This document shows, piece after piece, positions 10,337-20,577 of a stretch of 64,000 bases of DNA. A model generated the notes under the pieces. That model made no database searches. It was not told where the DNA came from and saw only the letters and a program-made list of their open reading frames with translations. Within the stretch, counting starts at the first letter, position 1, and each line of letters begins with the position of its first letter. This DNA comes from Halorarum halobium (lineage in GTDB: Archaea > Halobacteriota > Halobacteria > Halobacteriales > Haloferacaceae), in contig NZ_CP134949.1 in NCBI RefSeq assembly GCF_032116555.1, positions 2,790,001-2,854,000 on the forward strand, in the 5' to 3' direction. The position numbers and the translations under genes are program-made.

Positions 10337-10376
10337 GGCAGTCGCACTCCCCACACGAGATCATCCAGTAAACGCC

Positions 10377-11192
10377 CTACTCCAGATCGCCCTCACGGAT
10401 CGCCCGCTCGGCCTCACGAAGCGCGGCCTCGCGGTCGAACTCCTGGAGCACGCGGACCAGTTCCTCCCGCGACGCGTCCGAGAGGGAACGAGCGTGCCGG
10501 GTGACGTTGGGCACCGCGCGGATGATGTTGTCGATGATCGGCACGGCGGCCATCCGCGGTGAGCGCGACAGCGGGTTGAGGTCGATGACGATCTCCGTCT
10601 TGCCCAGTTCGCCGAGCGCCTCCGCGCGGTCGCCGTCCTCCAGCGGGACGAGCACCACGTCGGCCGCGCCGATGCCGTCGGCGTCGACCTTCGCCCGCTC
10701 GTGGGCGATGCCGGGGATGCGCGCGTTCGCCGCCAGCCCCTTCACCTCGTCAGCGCCGTGCTCGCGGAGGTGTTCGGCGATGGCCGCCATCCGCTCCTCG
10801 CTCCGGTTGAACAGGTTCACCTCGATGTCGGCGCCGGTCGCGTCCGCGAGCGCGACGATCTCGCCGGGCACGAGCGCCGCGACGTTGCCGTTCACCGAGA
10901 GCACCGGGTGCTCCGCGAGGAGCAGGTGGGCGGCCGCCGCGCGGGCCGCGGCGTCGGCGCTCGGGAGGGTCTCCTCGCCGAGGAGGTAGTCGAACGCCTC
11001 GCCGCGGCCCTCGGCGATGAGCCCCTGCGTGGAGGTGATTCCCCGCTCTACGCCCTCCTCGATGCGGTGCCGCGTGAGCAGCGACTGGTACCTGGGGTGG
11101 TCCTCGGGGAGCTCCGACTCGTGGTCGACCTCCGGCGGGGCGCTCTCGTCCCCGCCGCTCGTCGCCTCGCTACCCGTCTCCTCGTCGGTCAT
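10377..11192 (-). CDS. pps: phosphopantothenate synthetase (4-phosphopantoate--beta-alanine ligase)
   Basis: HPRYQSL, GRGEAFDYLLGE, SVNGN, EVNLF, VPLEDGDR, IDLNPLSR. Confidence 0.92.
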   Translation of the reverse strand: MTDEETGSEATSGGDESAPPEVDHESELPEDHPRYQSLLTRHRIEEGVERGITSTQGLIAEGRGEAFDYLLGEETLPSADAAARAAAAHLLLAEHPVLSVNGNVAALVPGEIVALADATGADIEVNLFNRSEERMAAIAEHLREHGADEVKGLAANARIPGIAHERAKVDADGIGAADVVLVPLEDGDRAEALGELGKTEIVIDLNPLSRSPRMAAVPIIDNIIRAVPNVTRHARSLSDASREELVRVLQEFDREAALREAERAIREGDLE

Positions 11193-11251
11193 ACCCGTCT
11201 CTCGGGCCCGGCGCGTGAAAACTCACTCCGTTTCGACCGACCGTCCCGTCA

Positions 11252-12160
11252 TCACTCCCTCTCCGTCGGCCGCAGCGTCGCCCCGGTCGGATGCACCGTA
11301 CAGGCGGTCGCGTCGTAGCCCGCGTCCGAGAGTCCCGAGCCGAGCGCGAACGCCGTCCGGCCGAGCATCGCCATCGACGCCGCGGATCCCTCGGCCTCCG
11401 CGGCCGCGACGGCCTCGGCGACCTCCGGGACGAGCAGGCCGGCGTCCTCCGCGAACGTGCGGGCCGAGGCGAGCAGTTCGTCGAGCGACGGGTCGCGGAG
11501 GAGCCGCGTCAGCGCGTCCTCGCCCGCCGTCCGCACCGGGTCGAGGTCGCCGTCGAGCACCTCGGCCGTCGAGAGTTCGCCGAACGTGACGTACTCGACC
11601 CGCGGCCGGGCGGGCAGCCCGTCGAACTCGCCTTGGCCCGGCGCGCCCGGTTCGAGTCGAAGGGGGAGGCCGCCCCGGAACTGCGCGACCACGTCACCCA
11701 GTCCCGTTCCGGCTTCCACCTCGGCGACGTGCGCGACGCGGACGAGTTCGTTCTCGGTTCGGTCGAGCCCGAACGCGTCGTTGGCCGCGAGCGCGGTCGC
11801 CAGCGCGGCCGCCCCGGAGACGCCGAAACCCGCGCCGACGGGGAGGTCGGATTCGACGTCCACCTCGGTCCCCGCGTCGACCCCGAGTCCCGTCAGGACG
11901 CCCGCCACGGCCGCCATCCCGACGGGGTCGCCGTCGAGGGAGACGCGCGGCCCGTCGGCTGGGTCGTCCCCGTCGCCGCTTCCGGAGGGAGACTGACCGC
12001 CGGCCCCGCCGGCGGACGCCTTCCGGACCGTCACCTCGACGCCGTCCGAGAGTGCCAGCCCCGCCCCCCGCGAGCCCGCGCGAGCGGGGTCCTCGTGGGG
12101 GTAGGGGGCGAACAGCGCCGTGACGTGGCCGGGCGCGAACGCGGTCGACTCGTCGGTCAT
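11252..12160 (-). CDS. pok: pantoate kinase (GHMP family)
   Basis: AFAPGHVTALF, GSRGAG, PVGAGFGVSGA, GTGLGDV; adjacent to pps. Confidence 0.92.
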   Translation of the reverse strand: MTDESTAFAPGHVTALFAPYPHEDPARAGSRGAGLALSDGVEVTVRKASAGGAGGQSPSGSGDGDDPADGPRVSLDGDPVGMAAVAGVLTGLGVDAGTEVDVESDLPVGAGFGVSGAAALATALAANDAFGLDRTENELVRVAHVAEVEAGTGLGDVVAQFRGGLPLRLEPGAPGQGEFDGLPARPRVEYVTFGELSTAEVLDGDLDPVRTAGEDALTRLLRDPSLDELLASARTFAEDAGLLVPEVAEAVAAAEAEGSAASMAMLGRTAFALGSGLSDAGYDATACTVHPTGATLRPTERE

Positions 12161-12269
12161 CACCCGTCAATGGCCGGGCCGGTAGGTATCGGTTATGGAA
12201 CTCCTCCGCCGACCCGTCACTGCGGGTAAGTTCTGAGTTACCAAGGGTCTGGCCGCCGTTCACGTGGAT

Positions 12270-12485
12270 ATGTCCGCGACCTCGGCCGCGCCGTCGGCGC
12301 TGACCGCCGCCGTCGTGCCGCTCCAGTTCGGCGGCGACCTGCTCTGGCTCGCCCTCGTGTTCTTCGTGCTCGCGATCATCGCCGCCTTCGCGGGGTTCCG
12401 CGGCGTCGCGGGGCTCACGATGGAGATCGCCCGGATCCTGATCGTCGTGTTCCTCATCCTCGCCATCCTGACGTTCTTCCTCTAG
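12270..12485 (+). CDS. DUF1328-family small membrane protein
   Basis: ALVFFVLAIIAAFAGFRGVAG...IARILIVVFL pattern; start may be the GTG at 12264. Confidence 0.8.
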   Translation: MSATSAAPSALTAAVVPLQFGGDLLWLALVFFVLAIIAAFAGFRGVAGLTMEIARILIVVFLILAILTFFL

Positions 12486-12555
12486 ACGGCGTCGGGCAGT
12501 TGCGACGGACGGGTGCCGAGCGAGGGTATTTGACCCCCGAGGTCCCGGGGAGCGT

Positions 12556-13107
12556 ATGGAACGGGTCGCCGTCGACGACGTGGAGAACAGGGTCCAGCCC
12601 GCCGCGGTGTTGAAGCCGCTGACCGACGCGCTCGGCTGTACGGACCTCGCGCTGAACTACTACGAACTCGCCCCGGGCGACTCCTTCGCGTTCGCGTACC
12701 ACAGCCACGACGCGCAGGAGGAAGTGTTCGTGGTGATCGAGGGCGAGGCGACGTTCGAGACGAGCGCGCGGCCGGGCGGCACGGAGGACGCCCCGGGCGA
12801 ACCCGGGAGCGGCGACGTCCGCGAGGTTTCGGTCGGCCCGAACGAGGCGATCCACTTTGCTCCGGGCGAGTTCCAGCGCGGCTGGAACCGCGGCGACGAA
12901 CGGGTTCGCGCGTTCGCACTCGGCGCGCCGCTCGTCTACGAAGGCGGCGAGACGCTGGTCGAGTGCCCCGAGTGCGGCGATCGCACCGAACACGACATCG
13001 TCGACGCCGACGACGAACCGGCGGCGAGGGCCGTCGTCTGTACCGAGTGTGGCACGGAGACGCAGCGCTGGCGGCGCGGTCCGGACGGCGAGAACGAGTG
13101 GGTATGA
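12556..13107 (+). CDS. cupin-domain protein with C-terminal zinc ribbon
   Basis: YHSHDAQEEVFVVIEG cupin motif; CPECG...CTECG. Confidence 0.85.
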   Translation: MERVAVDDVENRVQPAAVLKPLTDALGCTDLALNYYELAPGDSFAFAYHSHDAQEEVFVVIEGEATFETSARPGGTEDAPGEPGSGDVREVSVGPNEAIHFAPGEFQRGWNRGDERVRAFALGAPLVYEGGETLVECPECGDRTEHDIVDADDEPAARAVVCTECGTETQRWRRGPDGENEWV

Positions 13108-13108
13108 G

Positions 13109-13561
13109 CTATCGGTCCCGCTCGCGTTCTCGCCGGTCACGCCGTCGTTCCGCATCCGCCCGCGCGTCCTCGACCGACTCGGTGCGGAGCAGCGCGTCGA
13201 GCCGGCGCTCGAACTCCGCCTCGTCGATCTCGTCGCGGGCGTAGCGGCGCCTGAGCGTCTCCAGCGCGTCGGACTCGGGCTCGGTGTCCTCCTCCGTCCG
13301 GCCCCGGTTGCGCTCGTAGTACCTCGCGAACGCGACCGCTGCGGGGAGGACGCCGCCGAACCCGACCGGGAACGCGACCCAGAAGAAGGGGACCTCCAGC
13401 GCGAGCAGGCCGAACGCGACCAGCAGCGTGAGCGCGGTGACGACGCCGGCGACCGCCTCCTGGAGCGGGGAGTCCCCGTCGTCCGCGTCGTCGCGTCCCC
13501 CGTCCACGGCGAAGTTCGTCTCGCACCCGCGGCGGTCGTCCCGTCGGTCCGACCGATCCAT
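13109..13561 (-). CDS. SHOCT-domain membrane protein
   Basis: ATG at 13561; two TM segments and ALETLRRRYARDEIDEAEFERRLDALL. Confidence 0.8.
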   Translation of the reverse strand: MDRSDRRDDRRGCETNFAVDGGRDDADDGDSPLQEAVAGVVTALTLLVAFGLLALEVPFFWVAFPVGFGGVLPAAVAFARYYERNRGRTEEDTEPESDALETLRRRYARDEIDEAEFERRLDALLRTESVEDARADAERRRDRRERERDR

Positions 13562-13676
13562 GGCGGGAGGTAGGAAACGCCGGGGAAAGAAACGTTGTGG
13601 TCGGCTGACGTAGGTCGACCGCGGTCGAAACAGGGACGTAGGTTTATCAGTGTTTGCGTCGTAATATCTTGTATAC

Positions 13677-13979
13677 ATGGGTTCGATCAGCGCACGACTC
13701 CCCGACGACGAGCAGGCGGAACTCGAGGAGGTCGCCGATCTGCTCTCGTCGGACCGTAGTACCACGATCCGACGGGCGCTCAGGGAGGGACTCCGCGAGC
13801 TTCGGGTGGAACGGGCCGTCGAACGGTATCAGTCCGGCGACGTCTCGGTCAACGAGGCGGCGCGCATCGCCGGCGTCAGCCTCGGCGAGTGGCTGGAGAT
13901 CGCCCGGGAGCGGAACCTGACGACGCAGTTGATCCCCTCGGACCTGGATCGTGACGCCGAGACGGCACTCGACATCTGA
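13677..13979 (+). CDS. UPF0175-family antitoxin (RHH + HTH)
   Basis: ISARL...DRSTTIRRAL, then AVERYQSGDVSVNEAARIAGVS. Confidence 0.8.
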   Translation: MGSISARLPDDEQAELEEVADLLSSDRSTTIRRALREGLRELRVERAVERYQSGDVSVNEAARIAGVSLGEWLEIARERNLTTQLIPSDLDRDAETALDI

Positions 13980-14518
13980 TGGAGGTGTACGTCGACGCGA
14001 CGACGGTCATCTCGCTCGGCAACGTCGGTCGACTCGATCTCCTCGATGCCTTCGACGGGAGGGTCCTGATCCCCGACGAGGTCGCCGCGGAGGTGACGAC
14101 CGAGCCGGCACACAGCAACCTCTGGCAGTTTCTGGACGGGACAGTTCCCGACGACGACGGGGCGTGCGTCACGGATGCCGTCGAAACGTCGAGAGTCGAG
14201 GCACGAAGCCTGTTGAACGAGGACGAGGTGACCGGCGACGTGGTGCTCGTCGGCGCGGTGATTCGACTGCAACGGGCGGACGAGGACGTCGCGGTCGTCT
14301 CCGACGACCGCCGCGTCCGGCGCATCGCGGAGGGGCTCTGCGCTGACGTGACCGGAACTGTCGGCGTCCTCGTGCGGGCCGTCTCGGAGGACCGTCTCGA
14401 CGGGACCGACGGCGTCCGACTCGTCGAACGACTGGACGAGCGCGGCCTCCACATGACCGCGGAACTCCGTGCGCGTGCGGAAGAACTCGTTCGGAACGCG
14501 GCGGATCGCAGCCCCTGA
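13979..14518 (+). CDS. PIN-domain toxin (DUF3368-like)
   Basis: VYVDAT, IPDEVAAEV, VSDDRRVR, VTGTVGVL; coupled to the antitoxin by a TGATG overlap. Confidence 0.8.
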   Translation: MEVYVDATTVISLGNVGRLDLLDAFDGRVLIPDEVAAEVTTEPAHSNLWQFLDGTVPDDDGACVTDAVETSRVEARSLLNEDEVTGDVVLVGAVIRLQRADEDVAVVSDDRRVRRIAEGLCADVTGTVGVLVRAVSEDRLDGTDGVRLVERLDERGLHMTAELRARAEELVRNAADRSP

Positions 14519-14552
14519 CTACGGGCTCAGCCGCTGGCGGTCCCGCGGGAAC
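14519..14552 (-). repeat. diverged duplicate of the aspS 3' end
   Basis: 34 bp, 30/34 identical to 14603-14636; encodes the same [10 protein letters not shown]. Confidence 0.85.
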
Positions 14553-14602
14553 GCGGTCGCAGCAAGCTGCTTCCTGCTCCCCCTCGCCGGCAGCGACTTC
14601 GC

Positions 14603-15907
14603 TTACGGGCTCAGTCGCTGCCGGTCTCGCGGGAACAGCACCGCCTCGCGGATGTTCTCCAGGCCGAGGATCGTCATGACGAGACGCTCGGCGCCCATCC
14701 CCCAGCCGGCGTGGGGCGGCATGCCGTACCGGAACATCTTCGTGTAGTACTCGAACGCCTCGGGATCGAGCCCCTGCTGCTCGAACCCCTCGATGAGGCG
14801 GTCGTGGCGGTGCTCGCGCTGGCCGCCCGAGACGAGCTCCATCCGCGGGTGCATCATGTCGAACCCGGTCGAGAGCTCCTCGTCGTCGTCGTGGTCCTTG
14901 ATGTAGAACGGCTTGATCTCGGAGGGCCAGTCGGTGATGAAGTAGTGCTCGCCGACGTCCTGCCCGAGCGCGTGTTCGGCCTCCGTCGAGAGGTCGTCGC
15001 CCCAGACGAGGTGCTCGTCCAGCGCGCCGGTGGCGTTGATTCGCTCGATGGCCTGCTCGTAGGAGAGCCGCGGGAACTCGCCCGAGGGCACCGAAAACTC
15101 CTCGGCCGCGTCGAGCGCCTCCAGTTGAGCCTCGCAGTTCTCCGCGACCGCCTCGTAGGCGGCCTTCGTGACGGCCTCGGCGGCGTCCATCGCCTCGTGG
15201 TGGTCACAGAACGCGCCCTCGAAGTCGATGCTGTGGGCCTCGTTCAGGTGCCGGGGCGTGTTGTGCTCCTCGGCGCGGAAGATCGGCCCGATCTCGAAGA
15301 CGCGCTCCAGGCCGGAGCCGGCCATGAGCTGCTTGAACAGCTGCGGGCTCTGGTTCATGAACGCCTCGCGGCCGAAGTACGTGATCGGGAACAGCTCCGT
15401 GCCGCCCTCGGTGCCGGTGGCGACGATCTTCGGCGTGTTGATCTCCGTACAGTCGAGCTCGCGGAACGTCTCGCGGGTCGCGCGGAGGATCTCGGCGCGG
15501 ATCTCGAAGACGGCCTTCACCTCGTCCTTCCGGAGGTCGAGCGTGCGGTTGTCGAGCCGCGTCGGGAGTTCGGCGTCGACCTTGCCGGAGGGATCGAGCG
15601 GGAGTTCGGGGTCCGCGGGGGCGACGACCTCGACCGAGTCGGGGACGACCTCGACGCCGGTGGGGGCGCGGGGCTCCTCGGCGACCTCGCCGGTCACGGA
15701 GATGACCGACTCGCGGTGGACGCCGAGTCCGGTCTCGACGAGCTCATCGTCCATCTCGTCCTTCTCGAACTTCACCTGGATGCGGCCCGACGTGTCCCGG
15801 AGAATGAGGAACGCGATGCCCCCCAGGTCCCGGGTCTCGTGGACCCAGCCGGCGACGGTGACCTCGTCGCCCGGCTCGGCGTCGGCCGTGTAGGTTCTTC
15901 CCTGCAT
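14603..15907 (-). CDS. aspS: aspartate--tRNA(Asp/Asn) ligase
   Basis: OB-fold ([11 protein letters not shown]), [34 protein letters not shown]. Confidence 0.97.
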   Translation of the reverse strand: MQGRTYTADAEPGDEVTVAGWVHETRDLGGIAFLILRDTSGRIQVKFEKDEMDDELVETGLGVHRESVISVTGEVAEEPRAPTGVEVVPDSVEVVAPADPELPLDPSGKVDAELPTRLDNRTLDLRKDEVKAVFEIRAEILRATRETFRELDCTEINTPKIVATGTEGGTELFPITYFGREAFMNQSPQLFKQLMAGSGLERVFEIGPIFRAEEHNTPRHLNEAHSIDFEGAFCDHHEAMDAAEAVTKAAYEAVAENCEAQLEALDAAEEFSVPSGEFPRLSYEQAIERINATGALDEHLVWGDDLSTEAEHALGQDVGEHYFITDWPSEIKPFYIKDHDDDEELSTGFDMMHPRMELVSGGQREHRHDRLIEGFEQQGLDPEAFEYYTKMFRYGMPPHAGWGMGAERLVMTILGLENIREAVLFPRDRQRLSP

Positions 15908-16079
15908 ACGCGTTCGTTCCGCCTCACGGGGCTTAAAAACGGTCGATTCGAGGGCGTCGGGGGGTGCCCGCGCTCAAAACGCTTTGTTCGGTATCGTTCG
16001 TTAAGATCCTGATTCGAGAAAATACCGGCTAGTTTATGCGGATTCGGCAACTACGTTGCACCAACGGAAGTGACTCGTC

Positions 16080-16571
16080 ATGAACCACGACACGATCATC
16101 ATCGGCGGACGGGGCGTCGGGGAGACGCTCGCGGAGGAGCTATCGGACGGGGGCGGCGAGGTGGCGTTCCTCGGCGAGGATCACCGCGCGGTCGAGCGCG
16201 CCGAGGCGGCCGGCGCCGACGCGCGGGTCGTGGATCTGCGATCCGGGTCCGCGCTCGACCGCGAGGGGCTCGACGGCCCGGCCGTCGTCATCGCGGCCTC
16301 CCGGGAGGACCGCCGAAACCTCCTCGTCGCACAGCTCGTTCGCGTCCGGCGGGCCGACCGCGTCATCGCGCTCGTGAACGACCCGGAGAACGTGGACGCG
16401 TTCGACGACGCGGGCGTGGAGCCGGTCTGTGCCTCGACCGCCCTGGCGTCCGCACTCGACAGGAAGCGGCGCGGCGAGGAGGTGTTCGAGACGGAGGAGG
16501 ACTCCGAGGACCACCGGCGGTCGACGAACGAGGACGAGCGGTTGCGCTCGCGCGGGGGAGGTGACGCGTAG
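16080..16571 (+). CDS. stand-alone TrkA-N (RCK) NAD-binding protein
   Basis: IIIGGRGVGETLA Rossmann start; DRRNLLVAQL, VIALVNDP. Confidence 0.8.
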   Translation: MNHDTIIIGGRGVGETLAEELSDGGGEVAFLGEDHRAVERAEAAGADARVVDLRSGSALDREGLDGPAVVIAASREDRRNLLVAQLVRVRRADRVIALVNDPENVDAFDDAGVEPVCASTALASALDRKRRGEEVFETEEDSEDHRRSTNEDERLRSRGGGDA

Positions 16572-18802
16572 TGCCGAAAGGACTCGAACGCGACCTGGGC
16601 CTGTTCTCGGTGCTCGCCATCAGCATCGGGGCGATGATCGGCAGCGGCATCTTCATCCTCCCGGCCGTGGCCGTCGAGTACGCCGGCCCGGCGGTCGTGC
16701 TCGCGTACGTGCTCGCCGGTCTCGTCGTGCTCCCCGCGGCGCTCTCGAAGGCGGAGATGGCCACCGCGATGCCCGAATCCGGCGGCACGTACCTGTTCAT
16801 CGAGCGCGGGATGGGCCCGCTGCTCGGCACGGTCGCCGGCATCGGGACGTGGTTCGCGCTGTCGTTCAAGGGCGGGCTGGCGCTGGTGGGCGGGGTGCCG
16901 TACATCCTCTACCAGTTCAACGTCCCCCCGAGCATCACGACGCCGCTGGCGCTCACGCTCGCCACGATCCTCGTCCTCGTGAACCTGCTCGGCGCGAAGC
17001 AGACCGGCCGGGTGCAGGTCGCCATCGTCGCCATCATGCTCGTCGCGCTCGGCTGGTTCGCGGTCGGGGGGACTCCCGCGGTCGACATGGTGAACTACGG
17101 CGGGTTCTTCGACAGCGGCGCCGGCGGCATCCTCGCGGCGACCGGCCTCGTGTTCGTCTCGTACGCCGGCGTGACGAAGGTGGCGAGCGTCGCCGAGGAG
17201 ATCGAGAACCCCGGGCGGAACATCCCCATCGGCATCCTCGGCTCGCTCGCGTTCACCACGGTGCTGTACGCGCTCATCGTGTTCGTCATGCTCGGCGTCA
17301 CCGAGCGGTCCGCGATCGCCGACTCCACCGCGCCGATGGCGGTCGCCGCGGAGGCCGCGCTCGGCCCCGCGGGCGTGATCGCGGTCATCATCGCGGCGCT
17401 GCTCGCGCTCGTGAGCACGGCCAACGCGGGCGTGCTCTCCTCCTCGCGCTACCCGTTCGCGATGGCGCGGGACGACCTCGTCCCCCCGTCGCTCGGCGAG
17501 ATCCACGAGCGGTTCAACACGCCGAGCACGTCCATCCTGCTCACCGGCGCGGTGCTGCTCCTGCTCATCGCGTTCGTGCCACTGGAGAGCATCGCCAAAC
17601 TGGCGAGCGCGTTCCAGATCCTCGTGTTCGTCCTCATCAACGTCGCCGTGATCGCGTTCCGCCGCGGCACGATGGAGTACGAACCGTCGTTCGAGTCGCC
17701 GCTGTACCCGTGGATGCAGGGGTTCGGCGTGGTCGGCGGGATCGTCCTGCTCACGCAGATGGGGACCGTGCCGCTCGTCGGCGCAGTCGTCATCACGGGC
17801 GCCAGCGTCGGGTGGTACTTCCTGTACGCTCGCGGTCGCGTGGACCGCGAGGGCGCCGCCGTGGACGCCGTTCGGCGCGAACTCGGCAGGCAGGCGCTCG
17901 ACCGGACCCGCGAGGCGGTCGCGCCCACGGGGAGCGGCTACGAGGCGCTCGTCGCGGTCCCGGAGGACATGGACCCGTCCCACGAACGCGCGCTCGTGGA
18001 CGTGGCCGCGGATCTCGCGGCGCCCCAGCACGGCGGCGTGTCGGTCGTCCGGTTCGACGAGGTGGCAGACCAGGTGCCCCTGGCGGCCGCCGAGGAGCAG
18101 TCGACCGAGGACGTCGAGTTCGAGGAGCGCACGGACGACATCGCGGCCGAACTCGACGTTGACGTCCCGGTGCGGGTGAGCGAGGTCGTCAGCCACGACA
18201 CCCGTCACGCGCTCGCCAACCACGTCGAGTCGGCCGACGTCGACGTGCTCGTCATGGAGCACGAACCCGGTGGGCTACGCGAGCGGCTGTTCAGTTCGGA
18301 CGTGGACTGGGTGCTCGACCACACCGACTGCGACGCGGTGCTCGTCGACGACGGCGCGCCCGAGTCCGGCGGTCCGCGGGGCGGGATGGACGCCCCCGCC
18401 GGCGTCGGCCTCGGCGACGTGAACGTCGTCTCGGTGCTCACCGACGAGGGGCCGTACGACCCGGCCAAGGTCGCGGTCGCCGACGCGGTCGCGACGGCCC
18501 ACGACGCCGAGGTCCGCTTCGAGTACAGCGTGGACGGCTTCGTCTCGGAGGAGCAGCGGCGGGTCATCGACGACTACCACGAGGAGATCGCGGGGCTGTG
18601 CTCGGCGCCCGTCCGGACCGGGTTCGTCCTCCCCGACGGCGGCGAGGTCGACTTCGAGTCCGAGGAGACGGACGTGCTCGTCACGGGCGTCGGCGCCGGT
18701 GAGATCATCGGGAGGGTGGACTGTCCCACGCTCGTCGTCCGGCCGCGCGAGGAGACGACGCCCGGGAGGTTCGCCCGCACGCTGGAGCGCTGGCTGCTGT
18801 AG
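16571..18802 (+). CDS. APC-family amino acid permease with C-terminal USP-like domains
   Basis: IGAMIGSGIF, EMATAMPESGGTY, AEEIENPGRNIP; soluble C-terminal domain. Confidence 0.9.
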   Translation: MPKGLERDLGLFSVLAISIGAMIGSGIFILPAVAVEYAGPAVVLAYVLAGLVVLPAALSKAEMATAMPESGGTYLFIERGMGPLLGTVAGIGTWFALSFKGGLALVGGVPYILYQFNVPPSITTPLALTLATILVLVNLLGAKQTGRVQVAIVAIMLVALGWFAVGGTPAVDMVNYGGFFDSGAGGILAATGLVFVSYAGVTKVASVAEEIENPGRNIPIGILGSLAFTTVLYALIVFVMLGVTERSAIADSTAPMAVAAEAALGPAGVIAVIIAALLALVSTANAGVLSSSRYPFAMARDDLVPPSLGEIHERFNTPSTSILLTGAVLLLLIAFVPLESIAKLASAFQILVFVLINVAVIAFRRGTMEYEPSFESPLYPWMQGFGVVGGIVLLTQMGTVPLVGAVVITGASVGWYFLYARGRVDREGAAVDAVRRELGRQALDRTREAVAPTGSGYEALVAVPEDMDPSHERALVDVAADLAAPQHGGVSVVRFDEVADQVPLAAAEEQSTEDVEFEERTDDIAAELDVDVPVRVSEVVSHDTRHALANHVESADVDVLVMEHEPGGLRERLFSSDVDWVLDHTDCDAVLVDDGAPESGGPRGGMDAPAGVGLGDVNVVSVLTDEGPYDPAKVAVADAVATAHDAEVRFEYSVDGFVSEEQRRVIDDYHEEIAGLCSAPVRTGFVLPDGGEVDFESEETDVLVTGVGAGEIIGRVDCPTLVVRPREETTPGRFARTLERWLL

Positions 18803-18846
18803 CGGCGAACGCAAACGCTTTCCGGGCCGAGTTCACGTGAGTGGTC

Positions 18847-19341
18847 ATGCCGAAGCGCGAGTTGGACGAGCTCGACGGGTACATCATCTACCGGCTGCAG
18901 GGGGATGCCCGGACCACGTCGGCCGCGGAGATCGCGGAGGACTTCGGGGTCTCCCCGAGCACGGTGCGGAACCGGATCAAGCGACTCGAGGAGGACGAGG
19001 TGATCCGCGGGAGCCACGTCGACATCGACTACGAGCTGGTCGGCTACCAGCTGTTCACGATCATCTTCTGTACCGCGCCCATCCCCCAGCGCGAGGAGCT
19101 TGCGCGTGAGGCGCTCGAGGTGCCGGGCGTCGTGTCCGTCCGCGAACTGATGACCGGCGAGGAGAACCTCCACGTCGTCGCGGTCGGGCGGAGCGGCGAC
19201 GACCTCAGCCGAATCGGGCGCGACCTCTCGGGACTGGGCCTCGAAATCGTCGAGGAGGAACTCGTCCACAACGAGTACACCTGCCCGTTCCACTGGTTCG
19301 ACCCGGACTGCGAGGACGAGACGGCGGGCGACGAGGAGTAG
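18847..19341 (+). CDS. Lrp/AsnC-family transcriptional regulator
   Basis: LDELD..I...LQGDAR, IAEDFGVSPSTVRNRIKRLEEDEVIRG. Confidence 0.9.
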   Translation: MPKRELDELDGYIIYRLQGDARTTSAAEIAEDFGVSPSTVRNRIKRLEEDEVIRGSHVDIDYELVGYQLFTIIFCTAPIPQREELAREALEVPGVVSVRELMTGEENLHVVAVGRSGDDLSRIGRDLSGLGLEIVEEELVHNEYTCPFHWFDPDCEDETAGDEE

Positions 19342-19497
19342 CCCGAACCGGGGCGAGTCGCTGATCGAGCCGGATCGGAACCCGCGGGAGAAATCGAAAC
19401 CCGGGAAGGAACGCGAAATTCGAGAGGAACGCGAAGCCCGGGAGGAACGCGGGTCGCGAAACGGGACTCGCGAACGGGACCCGCGAGTTCGGCGCCT

Positions 19498-20220
19498 TCA
19501 GACGTCCGCCAGTTCGGCGTGGGCGTCCCGCACGCCCTCGACGGTCTCGCGGACCGCGTCGACGCCCTCGTCGTGGAGCAGGTCGCCGACGACGATGGTG
19601 TCGGCGTGTTTTCCCATCTCGTGTGCCGAGTCGTAGTCGTGGATGCCGCCGCCGTAAAACAGCGTCGCGTCGTCGAGTGCCGCCCGTGCCGCGCCGACCG
19701 TCTCCGTGTCGCCGAAGGTGCCCGAGTACTCGACGTAGACGATCTCCTGGCCGAACATCCGCTCGGCGACGCGGGCGTAGGCGGCCACGTCGTCGGCCGA
19801 GAGGTCGCAGTCGGCGTCGGTCAACTGGGCGACGGAGGCCTCGGGGTTCAGGACGATGTACGCCTCGGTGTGGGTGCGCTCCCAGTCGAGGCCGTTGTCG
19901 ATGCGGACCCACTCCTTGTGCGCGCCGGTGATCCAGAACGGCCCGCCCGCGTTGAACACCGTCGGGACGAGGTAGCCGTCGAGCGCGTCGTCGTCGATGA
20001 CGACGCCGGGGTTCGAGGGCTCCTGGTACAGCGGGACGTCGTACGCCTCGCAGGCGTCGACGACGCGCTGCATCTTGTCGGCGGTGATGTCGAGGGTGCC
20101 GCCGATCTCGATGGCGTCGGTGCCCGTCTCGCAGACGTCCGCGAAGGTGTCGCCGTCCCGCAGGTCCTTGTCCGGGTCCACCTTCAGGACGTGGTCCCAG
20201 TCCGTCCAGGGCGTGCTCAT
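19498..20220 (-). CDS. pcrB: geranylgeranylglyceryl-phosphate synthase (PcrB family)
   Basis: [39 protein letters not shown]. Confidence 0.9.
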   Translation of the reverse strand: MSTPWTDWDHVLKVDPDKDLRDGDTFADVCETGTDAIEIGGTLDITADKMQRVVDACEAYDVPLYQEPSNPGVVIDDDALDGYLVPTVFNAGGPFWITGAHKEWVRIDNGLDWERTHTEAYIVLNPEASVAQLTDADCDLSADDVAAYARVAERMFGQEIVYVEYSGTFGDTETVGAARAALDDATLFYGGGIHDYDSAHEMGKHADTIVVGDLLHDEGVDAVRETVEGVRDAHAELADV

Positions 20221-20271
20221 TCGTGGGTGTGAGTGTGCGAGGAGGGCTAAAAAGAGCGCGGATTGGGGTAC

Positions 20272-20481
20272 TCAAAGTCGGTCGTGAAACCGCTCGGCCC
20301 GCTCGTACACCTCGTCGACGTGGTCCACGTCGGATCGGTGGATTCGGCCGGCGAACGATTCCCAACTGCAGTTGGAGGCGGAACAGTCGAAGTAGACCTT
20401 CCAGGATGAGGGTTCCTCCTTCACGCCGTATCTGAGGTCGGAGCCACATCGCGGACAGCGTCCGGAGTCGGTTCGCCGCAT
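20272..20481 (-). CDS. small zinc-finger protein (69 aa)
   Basis: MRRTDSGRCPRCGSDL...FDCSASNCSW; divergent from the McrB-like gene. Confidence 0.6.
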   Translation of the reverse strand: MRRTDSGRCPRCGSDLRYGVKEEPSSWKVYFDCSASNCSWESFAGRIHRSDVDHVDEVYERAERFHDRL

Positions 20482-20577
20482 GATCATCGATGCGGCGTCT
20501 GGTCCCGTTATCCGTGAAGAACTCTCGCGTGGAATGCCACCTACATTTTTGTCGGCTCGACTGAACTGGACGGTAAC

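Noticed and set aside
8070..10364. 764-aa minus-strand ORF
   Set aside because: Arg/Pro-rich shadow frame overlapping two well-supported genes and a repeat; typical of high-GC DNA.
10031..10371. Several 79-107 aa ORFs across the intergenic repeat
   Set aside because: They are translations of the non-coding repeat, with a basic composition unlike haloarchaeal proteins.
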